NCBI GenBank assembly: GCA_965649825.1
Contig: OZ287697.1
Location: 1 to 64,000, forward strand
Reading direction: 5' to 3'
DNA: 64,000 bases
Source of the DNA: Penicillus capitatus
Taxonomy: Eukaryota; Plantae; Chlorophyta
In this document: positions 12,401 to 25,647 of the stretch, piece after piece
Layout: each line of letters begins with the position of its first letter
Numbering within the stretch: position 1 is the first letter of the stretch
Notes under the pieces: model-generated
Seen by the model: the letters and a program-made list of their open reading frames with translations, nothing else
Database searches by the model: none
What the model was told of the DNA's origin: nothing
Made by a program: the position numbers and the translations under genes

Positions 12401-14118
12401 ACTTTCCACTCCCATTTCATCTCCTTCTTCGTCCTTACGCCATTCTCCTCTTCTTTCAGTTCTTATTTTTTCGATGATCTCTTCGTACACAACAACATGA
12501 TGTTCCATATCCTTCACATGCCTACGGACATCTGATTCAAACAAGGAAGGCACCTTCAACACAACCACGGTCTCCGTTTGTTTTAAACAATATCAGAGGC
12601 ACTCACTGTGGCAAAGTTATCGTGTAGGTATGTATTCTTGAGGTCTTCGATGTTAGAACGAATAGTTGACGCATGCAGATATCCAACGGTTGTGCCTGTC
12701 TTAGCGAACAGTTCGTCAAGGTAATTGTTTGTATCTTTGTGGCATGACATCTGAAGCTTCTCTTCCATCGCATTGCCATTTAGCCAAGCTTTAAAAGTCT
12801 CTTTGGCAAGTTCATCGCATGATTGTTGTATTTTTTGAAGAGCTTCGGCTATCTCATGGTTTTGTTTGTCCATTGTGTAGATAAGGTGGAAGGAGTCTAA
12901 AATCCCGGTAAGAATGTCCGCATCGTGGATCCAGTTCTCGGAGATTGCTTGATTTGTTGTCAATTCGATAAGCTTCTTCGTCGCCTCTTTGCGGCTATCT
13001 TGACAGGAGTCTCTATCATTTGCCAGCAGCCTCAGTTCTTGAACGATACCAAATCTCAAGGCTTTTTGGTTATTCGCGTTTCTCGTTTTGCGTTGTCCTT
13101 CCGTCGCCGTGTCATATGCTAGTGCAAGGAGTTCGCATTTTTTCTCTTCCTTCAGCGCACTAAGCCTTGCCGCTGTTAAAATCTGAAGCACGTCATACCA
13201 CTCCTGCTCCAATACTCCCGCATTGGCGATTGCTGTTCGAACTTTTCTGTATGCGTCCTCAGTTGATGTAAGATCGATATCACCGCCGGCCAATTTTCTG
13301 AAAAAGTGGAAGACATGCACTCCACCGTAAAGACCGGCTATGGTACGTCTTTTTGCTTGTGTGAGAGCCGACGGGGCGTCTTCGATTTCCAGACGTTCAA
13401 CCGCTTGCTGAATAAGCTGGAAATGAAAGGAGACAGGATAGTAACGAAGAGATAGCTTCATCTCCTCTCTCTTTTCTGCGACTACTCTGCGAAACCCTAT
13501 CTTCTCTTCTTCGAGAAAATAGCCACGACCGATACTTTGTAAGAGGAATAAGATTTGATGAATGCAGAGAAAGTTTGCTTCGTATTTGAAAATGTTCTGT
13601 TTTGTGAGTCTGGGTCTAGAAGACAAGCTGAGCAAGAGGTCTAGACCCAGATCCGTCAGCTGAGCTGTGTCGTTGTAGACGGCAGAATCGACCCATGTGA
13701 ATGCGCTAAACAAAGCTTTTGCAACGTTCTCGGGGAGAAATTTGTCGGGATGGATTAGGGAACCGAGGCCATCAACCAGTTTTCTCAGAATCTCTGCATC
13801 TTCTTCGGAAACATATACGACTTTGGCTAATTCTGCATACTCAAGTACCGCCTCCGGATTGAGGCAGTCAGTATTTCCTTCGCCATACTTGCGTAACCAT
13901 CCAAGAAGAACGGTTCGCTCGTTCTCATCCGTCACGGCATTGTATGCCGAGACAAGCGACTTCGTGCACATGATATTGTACTTCTTCGCGACAGCGCGAA
14001 GGAGCTTTGGTCCATTTCCCTGCTGGACGTTGAGGTCTGGTGAGTAGCGTTTGCTGCTACTTCCCGACGCGGACGGTCCTTTAACGGACTGTTGTTTGTT
14101 AGAGAATCGTGACTGCAT
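9404..14118 (-). CDS. NLR-like STAND NTPase: N-terminal helical/ARM-like domain + NACHT + C-terminal HEAT repeats (~1553 aa, 2 exons)
   Basis: The 511-aa and 1054-aa ORFs join in frame through a 53-nt GTGAGT...TTGAAG intron (12554-12606), giving HDNFAT|VPSLFES. Walker A GNPGSGKT, Walker B LLVFDGLDE, NACHT winged-helix motif FLHLTFQEYFAG, then ~9 HEAT repeats. Confidence 0.9.
9668..10717 (-). repeat. Coding tandem repeat: ~9 x 37-aa (111-bp) PBS-lyase-like HEAT repeats within the NLR-like gene
   Basis: Recurrent PxHAxxxLPTL.xxC.DE.W.VRR.AIEAIGRV.xxA pattern, visible at DNA level (e.g. CGGCGTGCTGCGGC, GCTTCAATCGCC). One repeat carries a ~20-aa insertion. Confidence 0.9.
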
Positions 14119-16334
14119 GCTCGATAGATAACCTATAAGGCAGATTCCATAACGGCCAATAGAAAGGTACTTGGAGAACGAACTTGTTGTTTTAAAGATA
14201 CGCGAAATTCGCAGAAAAGTTCTCAGCGGCGGATACGATGAGAAAGATGTTCTTGTAGACGTTCAAAATCAGATGATCGTGCTGATACAATTGATTCTCT
14301 CATCAAAGTTGTTGCTGCACAGATAGGCCTCCAGCCGCATTCATTGACTGATTTCTTTCTTTCATGTTGAATTGAGATTCATTATCGACTAAACCCTGAG
14401 TTTAACGGGATAGGAAACAGGGATTCTCGCAGTGAGTTTATACGAGATTAAAATCGTATGAGCAGAACGAGCATTAGATTCACCAGTATTTTCTAGGTGA
14501 TCCAAAAGACGGTCATTAAATTGATCTCCGCCGAAGAGAATCCAGAAGAGCAAACGATATCGAAAGACTAATCTTCAATTAACCCGTACACAGATCAGAT
14601 AGGCGAGCCAACTGAATTGCAATGTCTCCATTCTACCACGTTTAAGAATTTATGAAGCAGCTGTACTGTGTTTCAATACCGTTCAAATCCAAGTGAAGAA
14701 TCTCTAGTCTAAACTGTGCATCACAATTTTGGACGTTCTGTGACAGTTACCCTATTTGACTATCGATGGCATAGGAGATCAGTGCCCCGTCAACGATCAA
14801 ACGAGACACCACGTCATGTGTTTCGCTTGAGCTGTCTTTCTGTCTTCAGCATGTTGATCTCATGTCTCAAAGAAGACCGCCTTAAACGCGTGAACAGAAA
14901 TCCTCGAAGGATTCTTTGAAGAACGTCTGTTCTTTCCAATAAGCTTCTCTCCAGATATGATGTACATCTTCTCACAAGGAGAGATGGTGATTTTCATGAT
15001 GTGCAGTAGTTTGTTCCGAGGCTTCTTCTCGAGTGGCAGCAACTCTGGTACTTGAACATTTGGCATCGCATCGCAGCTTGGAAGGCAGGGCTTGGCGTCC
15101 AAAATTAGAGAATCATCAATCATATCGATTTCGGCAAAGTAAAGACATCCGACTTCAATCTATCACGAGAAAGGTAAGTCAGCTTAGATTTCTTCTCTAG
15201 ATTATAGAAAACACTTACATGAAGAATTCTAGATATATAGTCAGGTTAATATGGTTGAGAGGATTAGGTGTCCTTGTAGCGAGCACTCCACTTTCCTTTC
15301 CATTCGATTGGGTCTTCGAACCTTTGTTCGAGAATCCCTTCCTTCTAAAACGGTTGCGCAGATTTGTATTCTCATGGAAGACATAGATAATCCACAGATG
15401 ACTGAAGCCCTTCAAGTCTGTGTCGGATACATGCATGTGGTATATATATCCTTGCAAAACACGAGTCTAGCCTGCGCTTCGGGTACCAGGAGCGCCTGTC
15501 GTGGCATCCTGTTCTTGTTCCAATTCTTCATTGCGCGACCCTTGGAGCATCTGATTTTGTCGCCGAAACAAGAGACGATGCATCCTGTCTACGCGAATTC
15601 TCTCGACCTTTAGTCGTAGTTGCCTAGAAAGTCAAGCGTTGCCGCAACGCCACCTCCAGAATGTGCTGTCGAGAATTACGAGCGCATGAGTAAGCGAGTA
15701 ATACCCCGGCTTTGATCCCCCTTTTGTTCCCGTCGCCCAAGAAATGTGAAGACAATGGAGAGGCTGTTCCTTCCTTTGGTTGAATCTGTATTCGCGAGGC
15801 TGTCCGAGTCTCGTGGTTCGACCTTGTTCCATGTTCACTACGCATCGCTCGCTAACCGAGACATAGTGATCTTATAGGTCGCACACTGGAAAGCCAAACG
15901 GTCGATTCCGATGCAAGAATAGGAGTCTGTTTGAATGACTTCAACGATAGGCGGCAGTGCGTCCTCGGTGTTCTGTGCATCGCTGAAGTGCTTCGCGGAG
16001 AACGTCTGTTGACAATCTTCAATTTGAGAAAATGGAACGAAGGTAGAGAGACGCGGTCGACGTTACCTCTTGAAGTCTTTAATGTTCTGGATGAGGCAGA
16101 TTGAGCAATGTGCACGATGATCACTAACAATTTAAAGTTGATCTTTGAAGATAGGATCACACTTGCACAAAACCCGATGCAAATCATCTCAGACCTTTGT
16201 CATTTGGGAGTTGACGGGGATCCACTCAAACCAATGACGCGACCATTCCAGAACTGGAGGAGTGGAAAGTGAATGCAGCGTCAATAAGTGAAGCTATCTA
16301 CAGAGTAGAATACGAGCTGACCGCGGTGAAAGTT

Positions 16335-17260
16335 TCAGATGCCATCGGCACAGTGAGTAAACTGTTTTAAAGATCTCGGACAGTCCGACAAAGGGGACAT
16401 AAGGCTGCTGTGGAAGATTGTGATGGAAGAGAAGTGCCGAATGATGTCCAATGGGACGTTGTCACATGAGCATCTGTATGCTTTATTATAGTTTCCCCTG
16501 CGTCTTTGTCTTCTTACTACCGAGCGGCTCACGGCGCTACTCTTTTTTGACCCACTAGGGAGCATGATCACATTTCTTGCAATCTGATAGCTTTCTCAAG
16601 AGAAAGATGTCGAAGCAGATGCACAACGGCAGCACTGGATAGATCTCGTTAGCTTTTGTAACCTTGACCTTTAGAAGCATCATGTACACATCATTCGCTT
16701 CAGCAAGGTATTCTCCAATCGACGCTTTTTATATGGCGTCCTGCTGCAATGCTTCTCCGCGTTCTCCAACGAAGACAGATTCCTTCACAACGCGACTTCC
16801 TGCCGGTTGAGAGGCATCAAATGAAAGTTTCATACCAGACACCTCCAGAAATCGACCTCGAGAGCATCTATTGCAGAGACCTTTGCTTTTGATGCCTTTC
16901 TTAGGATATATGCAACGCAGTTGCCGAGACAGTAGTACTCTTGTGCACGCACCATAATGAAGAAAACGTCGAGTGCGACAGCTGTTCGGCCAAATTTGTT
17001 ATTTTCCAGCGATTCAACATGTTCATCGACGATTGTTTCCACTTCTGGATCTTCATGGATCTCATATTCGACTGGCGGTCGTTCCAGTTGGAAGTTCTTT
17101 TCGTTGCTGAAATCGATAGCGATTTCCATTTTTCGACGCCAAGGTACGAATTCAATTTCGGACTTGATGGGCAAACCCTTTCCGCGGTGTTGGTAATCTC
17201 CAAGCAACCAATTAGCAATATCAAGTATCTATCGTTTTCAACTTGACTGAGCATCACCAT
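16335..17260 (-). pseudogene. Possible degenerate coding fragment(s), unknown family
   Basis: A 125-aa protein-like intronless ORF (16830-17207) is followed by stop-interrupted protein-like stretches (…GEYLAEANDVYMMLL…). No recognisable motif. Confidence 0.25.
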
Positions 17261-18294
17261 TCAACCAACTCATGATCGCGTCTAATGACAGAACCATTCT
17301 CTTGCAATCCTTACCTCATTTCCATACTCCAGTATCCACATAACACAAACGACAGGAGAGTGATTCGCAGTGAGTGATTACCAAATGTCTCATCTGCCCA
17401 GTCGTCAATGATCTATCATCTAAAATGTATTCCGTTGTAAATGTCGTCGGCGAGGAAACCGACAAACAAAAGAGTAACTTGTCAACCGGTAAGTTCACTT
17501 TCCAGACAGAGAGTTACTCTCGACAGTCAAACCGCGCTTCAGGAACAGCAGATATGCTTCTGGCCAAATCAGAGATCTTCCTGCTCAGAAGTCGCCTTCA
17601 TTATACCATCGCGTTGTAAGGCTGAGTCACTTACTTCGCATACTTCTCCTTCCATGCCGAAGAATCGGATTGACGTGCCGCTGTTTGGAAAACGCACAAC
17701 ACTTTGGAGGGCGGACGCTTCAGAGAAGTGATAGTCCGGCCAAATGTTCACGGCCACTGACACAGAAAGTTGCAGAATACTGAGCCGGATTCGGTGTCTT
17801 GCGACGGCAAATCCGGCCGGCACTCTAGATCGCCTCTTCATAATCGCCTGTAAACGAGGCGGACAAAAACATAAGCCGGCAGATTTTCGAGAAGCTTGTC
17901 GCGTTAGAAAACTAGGTCGAACGACGAGTAGATCGGGACGAACGTGTTCTAGTGTCAGTCAGTAATCCTGCGCATCGTGACTTTGTTTTCTCGAGGCGAC
18001 GAAAGAATTTCCTATCACTTTCACAAGTCCACGTCTACACGTTTTTAATACCATGACTGCGGTCAGCCTTCTCGACCTCTAGAGGTTGCTCGCTTTCTTT
18101 CTTACGTCGTCGTTCATGCGCCTGCATACGATTATGACAATCATCATGTAACGCGCGATTGCGCCACCTCTTGTGCCAGCGCGGATACGACGAGGGTTTG
18201 AGACACATAAAAATCGAAACAGGCAATAAATGCCGAGTTGAACGTTGACAGACTTGGGTAGGTTCAATAGACTGAAAAAAATGAGACGGCAAAA

Positions 18295-18703
18295 CTAGAT
18301 GGTAAAAACGTTGGATCGGCGGAAGCAGTTTCCACCGACGTAATTGCCGTCGGGGATGGACTCATGGAATATTTCCCACTTAACGCATGCACAATCGCTC
18401 TTCCTGAAAGTCCAGGCGTTGCATTTGGCATCTGCAAGAAGAACAACGAATGGATGTCGAGTAGACACTGTGGCGTTTTCCTTACCGCACTCGCAGGAGT
18501 ATTTGCAATCGAAAAAGTTATCCGTGGTGATGCTTTCTATCCAGTTGCCCCCAGTGACACGCACGCCTTCGACCTCCGGACAGCTCCTCGCCACGGTCTC
18601 CTGAAACAGATCGCGATCGGTGAAGCGACACCAGACAAGCAACTCAAACGTGGACGGCGACGAAGAGGCAGAACAAGACGAAGAAGTGTTTGTAGGAAGA
18701 CAT
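18295..18703 (-). CDS. Small secreted PAN/apple-domain protein (~100 aa, 3 exons)
   Basis: Signal peptide MSSYKHFFVLFCLFVA; 55- and 54-nt GT-AG introns; apple-type Cys pattern C…DCKYSCECDAKCNAWTF…C…GGNC. Confidence 0.75.
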
Positions 18704-18828
18704 GGCTGCTGCAGGAAACGGGTTCAAGGTAGAAGCGCCGACAAAAATCAAAATGACAAACCACGCGGACTGCCTGCCTGACCCCGCCGTCAATTTAAAG
18801 GATATGGTAGGTTTAGAACTGACTGTAC

Positions 18829-18930
18829 CTGGTCCCGAACCGCGGCTCAAACGGATCTGAGGGTCCAAAATGACGGCGCTGGTCCCGAACCGCGGCTCAA
18901 ACGGATCTGAGGGTCCAAAATGACGGCGCT
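18829..18930. repeat. Perfect 50-bp tandem duplication
   Basis: CTGGTCCCGAACCGCGGCTCAAACGGATCTGAGGGTCCAAAATGACGGCG occurs twice, head to tail. Confidence 0.97.
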
Positions 18931-20960
18931 ACCTTGATGAGCTTCATTTTCAGTAAAAGTACCTACATGGACAAGCAGGACATGTTCCTCTGGACAAGAA
19001 CTCGGCAATGAGAAGTGTGTCCACTCACGGAGTGGTTCACAGTCTCAAAGGTCGAGAACAGGACCAGAAAGTGCTAAACTAGTCAGCTTTTTGTTCTCAC
19101 GCACACCCATCGTTCGTACTTGGTAAGTATAAACAGAGATGCAGAAGAGGACTGTCCGTTCCGAGGAAGTAAGATTTTGACATCTGCTCGGTCGTTTCTA
19201 GCTTGTAAGATGCATCAACGAACTTTTTGCTCGTCTGTTCTCGTGCTGGTACACGACGATGAGATCTCTTGTTGATCGAGCTCTCCGTGAGTGGAAGATG
19301 AACTGCGTCACTGATTAGCGGACTATCTATGGGATAGTCGTTTCGAGGACCCTGACAGCAAAAGTCACAAACCAATGGGCGGGGAACAGACAGTTATCAT
19401 ACCGAGAAACAAAGAGGAAGCGGAATTCGCCGCACTTGCTGTTCTTTTGCGACAGTTGTCATTACACAAACTCCAACGGCCGTTTTCTGCAGACATGAAA
19501 TGATCTATCCCTGAACGAAATGCACAGCAGGAGAAGCGAACAGCCGATTTCTTACATTAGTTCTTCCATACGCACGTCTGAACTGTAAAGCACTCAAATC
19601 CGAGTCATCGCAGTCTTCGTAAAACGGATAAAGGAAATAGACTTGAAGTCTGTTTTCTGTCAAACCTCGACCGCTAGATACCATCAGTAAGAACATGATA
19701 ATTGAGTTACTAAGGAGTTAGCTGTGGACGGATAAAGCCATCGAGGTTGATGCGACTCGACCACTCGCTCTCAGTGAGCATCCCGACATCTGCAAACTTC
19801 ATAGTTACTTGGGCCTTTCCTTACTTGTTACCGTATGTTGATGGTGTGATTCTTATCGCGTCATCTCTGAGAGAAACAGAGATAGATCTGCACTTAACAG
19901 CATGTAAACAACAATCAGTTTTCAAAGAGCACTGCCGAGCCAGTTATGTATCTTCAGAGAGAATGGTATGCTTTTCCTAAACATCATGATAATCTTCTTG
20001 GCGTGCACAATTTCATGTTCTTCGTACGTTGTAACTGACACCTGGACGAGTAGACAGTCGAATGTCTCCGTCCTAACCTCGCGTATAAAATAAAAAGAAA
20101 CAGAAGTAACTCAATTGAAACTGCAGATTATCACAATGATGTTTTTCTTGCCGTCGGAACGATAAACGGTGTGTTGACAAGCAGATTTACGTGATGGACA
20201 ACACATCGAACATAGGGTATCTAATCAAAAATGTAAGGATTCAAAAACTGCTCAGAAAGCAGACGTGGCGGACGAATATGAAGCACAGGAAGTGCCGGCG
20301 ATCTTCCACTTGAGGTATCAGCGACCTCTTCATGACTTCTTTGCGATGAACGATGCGTTGTCCATCCGATTGCGGATGTAGAGATATGTCCGGAGGGTTT
20401 GTGTCAATCTTTCTCACAGTCATCGAAAATACAAGAAACAGAGATCATACCTGAAACTCAGCAATTTCTAAAAAGTGTCTAATATAGAATCAAGTGAACG
20501 GGCAACAATGAACAGGTCGGACAGCTTAAAAGCAAATGGGGAATACCGCCAGCACAAAACCCGCAGCGCATGCTTAAACTCAACGAAATGGCATGAGACA
20601 GTTTAGGTTGATATCAGGGATCTAAATGCCGAGTCTGAAACTTTGCAGAAAACCCAACTTAGACGTCTGGTACAAGTGCACCTACGTAGATCGCAGTGCC
20701 ATCTTAGCAACGATCTTCGGCACGTGTTACTGCGCCGCATATTTAGTCTTCTTGAGTTCGCCGCGGGACAACGCGCCCGAATGCACGAAGAACATCCGTT
20801 AGGGAACCTGGCTACTCATTCGCTTCTATACCGCAACGATGATGGAATGCCGAAACAGAAGCATGGATTCGATAAACAGACAGGTTTTGTAAAGTCGCGG
20901 GTTTACGTTCAACGTCGCGATTTCGTCCTATGCGTCAAGATCCGTCAGCCGCTCGTGTGC

Positions 20961-20980
20961 AAAAAAAAAAAAAAAAAAAA
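20961..20980 (+). repeat. A20 homopolymer
   Basis: 20 consecutive A; the only long homopolymer I noticed in the window. Confidence 0.95.
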
Positions 20981-22040
20981 GATTGCTGAGTCAGACGTTT
21001 CCGCGGCGGAGTACACATTTAGACAAAGACGATTAAACAGAACATTGGACGATAGATGAAAGAGGATTGATCATCCGCGCTGCATGCTTTCTGCTGCCAC
21101 GTACAACCAGATGACCGAGTCAACTTAACCTCTTCTTTCTCTTTTACCGTAGAAGTGGATTTCAATGAAACACATCATCGTCTTATAGTGATACAAGAAT
21201 GATTTGGTACTCTGAATACAGAATCTCTGATTCAACTTTTGTTTGCTTGCTCCACTTCGAGACGCTTCTATTAATCTTGTGCAATTCTTTCCAGTGTTCG
21301 GTCGGATATTACGTAAGTTCTCATTATATACATCAGCCACTCTGTTTTCTTTCTTCTAGTCAGTAACTGTCTTTCAATCGAACGTTGGGTGTATTTTCTT
21401 CTTGTTCTTAATATACTTGATTTTTGGGAGTATTTCGTCGAGTGGACCTCAAAACAAACCAGAACAACAGTCATCGAGCTATCTGACCTTGATCGTTGAC
21501 GTCAATGACAAAATGACATCGGTAATGCCCCAGTTGTATTGGAGATACTGCAAGTAATGAAACGGCTCTAGAACGTGTGTCTCTGAGAAAGTGCGCGGGT
21601 TTCAGTCAGTTTAGCATTCGCGAGATGGATGCCGATTGCAGCACAGAGCTGGCGGGAAATAAGAGATTCACTGCTTTCCTTAACAGTTTTTCTTTTGAAT
21701 GATGTCCAGCTCCCTTATGAAAATGGTATTGTCTTGTCTCGCATGTGTCAACACTTTCTCCTATCTGCTCTCTGAGGTATCGTAACTTCTGTCGCAACAA
21801 ACACCATTGATTTCTGTACTTCTAGAACAAGGTGCTTTTCATACGAAGCAATGACATTATTCTCTTCTCAGCCATTCGGTTCTACACCGAACAATGCCAA
21901 AATTGAAACATGTCGCCGTAGACATAAAGATGCTATTCTTACGGACTTTAAGAAGAAATTCGTACAATGAAAGCTTCAATTCTGTCTGAGGATACGTTGA
22001 GTTTTATCGAGAGCGTCGTCGAAGATCTTCCGAGCATCTT

Positions 22041-22898
22041 CTATTCCCTGGCATCTTTTTCTTGATTTTGACGGTCCATACAGAAGAATCGCTGCGCAAT
22101 CTGTTTTGTACATTCGTGCAATGTCCAACGGTGTCGCAATCTCCACATTCGAGCCACTGCAGTGAAAGGGGACTACAAAACATCACTCTTGTTCTAAAGT
22201 CTTTGCAGCTGGAAATCACCTGCGTTCATGAAAGCACTCGTTGCGTTGAAATCACTGTACACGGTGATCCCTATGACCGTGTAAATGCGTCGACACGTCC
22301 CACCAAAAAAGCTCCACAAGACACAGGCTAGAGAAGAACTCTTTCTTGATCGTCCACTGGGCATCGATTTTACCGCCGTGCTCTACACAGCGCTCGCAGC
22401 ATTGATGGGCGTCTTTGGCTGGAATCTCGTCCTTCTCTGTCGGATTTCCAGCGTTATAAGCAACTCCACTCGCTCTCTCGCCGCAGGAAGCATTCAAGCC
22501 TGCTACCACACTTGAAAATGAAACAAAACTGCCAGAATCTTGCTTGGTCGGATTCCGAAGACATCGCCAGAAATTCGGATGCGATTTAGCTTTGGAGGTA
22601 CATCAAACTTAAGCCAACAGTTTCCGCTTGCAGTTCGCACCCATGCACGACATCCTCGATTGCGTAAACACTGCCTGCAACAGTCTTCAGGAGTCAAGGT
22701 CTTTTCTTGAAAGCCATCATTGAAATCGTATCCAAAACCGTTCGTGTCCATGTGCATCTGACAAGGACTCCCTGGACAAACACACTAAGGAGGAAAACTC
22801 AGGCGGGTGCAGACAGAAAGACCAAGAATGGCTGCCGAGTGGCGTCTGAGTCTGGTATCAGATGAAGCACAGGCTCTCTCTAAAGTCCCACAAGCCAT
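22041..22898 (-). CDS. Probably secreted protein with two PAN/apple domains (start approximate)
   Basis: Domain 1: CQMHMDTNGFGYDF…EDCCRQCLRNRGCRAWV…GNCWLK. Domain 2: CGERASGVAY…QCCERCVEHGACVLWSFFGGTC. They are joined by a 44-nt GC-AG intron (22500-22543). Confidence 0.75.
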
Positions 22899-23455
22899 CA
22901 AGACCGCCCCAATCTGAGTTTGAAGATGTTGTTGTTCACAGGTTTTCGTGTATCCTGCGCGCTTACACACATTCTCATCGATGGGTAACCGTAGAGGGAG
23001 AGATGTGTTTTGCACCTTGAAAGGTGTCTCTTAGACCTTCCAAGAAATTCTGTTCGTGGTGTCTGTATGCATCTATTGTGGAAGCTGCTGGATTTAAATA
23101 AAGTGGCTAAAGGGTCGGTACCATCAATGATCCCGGCGACGCAGTCCCCTTGACGACATCTATCGACAGAATGAATGGATGCAAACAAGGAGCATCGATT
23201 GCAGCAAGCATGAAATATCCACCCCACGCAATCTACGGCGCGGACTTGAGGTCTTGTTTGAGAGTCGACACAATTCACTTACCGTCTCGTTGCCGGCATT
23301 CCTCGCAACACTCCTTCGGCGTCGCGACGCCGAGTGGCCTCTGGAAGATATGTTTTCCGTTCAGTTGAATGTTGTACCGTGTGTGACACTCATTGTCGCC
23401 TGAAAGAGTGATTTTAAATATCGAAAAGTGACTGTTTCGTCTCCGACGCATACCT

Positions 23456-24255
23456 TCAAAGAACTTTAGGTCCGCGGAGGCGGAAGTAGACTTCGAGGTC
23501 GTGTTTCCTGAAAACCAAGGCAGCGATGAAGGAGAAGCGCAGATGACAAGTTGTTCGTTTATTCACCTTCCGAGAGCGCAGAAGCGATAGAAGGCTACAA
23601 AGAATGAAACAGAAATGCTCGAAGGCGGATGTAACGCACTTTACCGTTGGTAGCAGAAGGAACAAACCCGTGGTCAACAAACACTGTCTTGCTCGTGCCC
23701 AACGGGAAACCTTTGTCTGATGCGCTCTGTGTTCATGCATAATGAAATGAGAGAGTGTTCTCGAGAAAACAGTCTATACACTATACAAGAAGTTGGTAAC
23801 GTGTGCTGTTGCGGACAGGTGGCGCTTTTGCGGCCGATGCTACGCGTCAGCTGCAATGTCGAGAATGACTCATTGTTTGTTAATGCGTGTTGCAGTAGAA
23901 CAGGTCGTAACAGATGCATGCAGCGATGAATGACAAGCATCATCATCAGCGAGGCGTGTTGCTCACTAATCTGACACAAACAACTCTACTCTACCTTTTA
24001 AACAAGGAGTCCATTCTCTCATTTATGCGTGTAAGATATAAGCGGAATTTCCAGAGGAAATCGGTGTTCAGTCCATACGGTGTTGTCATCGACAAGCGGG
24101 TTTTGTCGACGTGCATGGGTGAGTGGGTGTAGTCCATCTAAATCGGCCATAGGTTTGATAGCCGAGGTGTCTTTGAATCGTTGAAATAGAGACAGTGCGC
24201 TGTCAGACGCATCATTTGCACAATTAAAATCCATCAGCGCCGTCAAATAGTTCAT
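23456..24255 (-). CDS. Hypothetical protein (exon structure unresolved)
   Basis: Several protein-like ORF pieces with short intron-like gaps, divergent from NOA36. No recognised motif. Confidence 0.25.
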
Positions 24256-24271
24256 CTCAGACGCTCTAAGA

Positions 24272-25411
<1,140 letters not shown>

Positions 25412-25647
25412 ATAGAGACTGTCCAGCATTCTGTCATTGCTGACTTAAGCATATAATTGAACCAAAGCAAGATGTTGTGGATGAGAACACACTGTTTGCG
25501 GATTCTCTGTTGATGACATAGTTCTGTTCACAACCTTTAATGAAGAAGATGTGTTGACTTACCTCTCTGATCCCCTCTGACTGGATTTTGTTCTTCGTTT
25601 TACACTACCTCGACGCAGATGGCGAGCATTTCTGCCTCAGACTAAGA

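Noticed and set aside
12554-12606. Two separate genes, or a programmed frameshift, between the 511-aa and 1054-aa ORFs
   Set aside because: A typical-length GT-AG intron joins them in frame, and the second ORF has only a GTG start.
24030-24075. VPS34-like peptide DFLWKFRLYLTR
   Set aside because: The match is short and there is no room for a PI3K kinase domain; likely coincidence.
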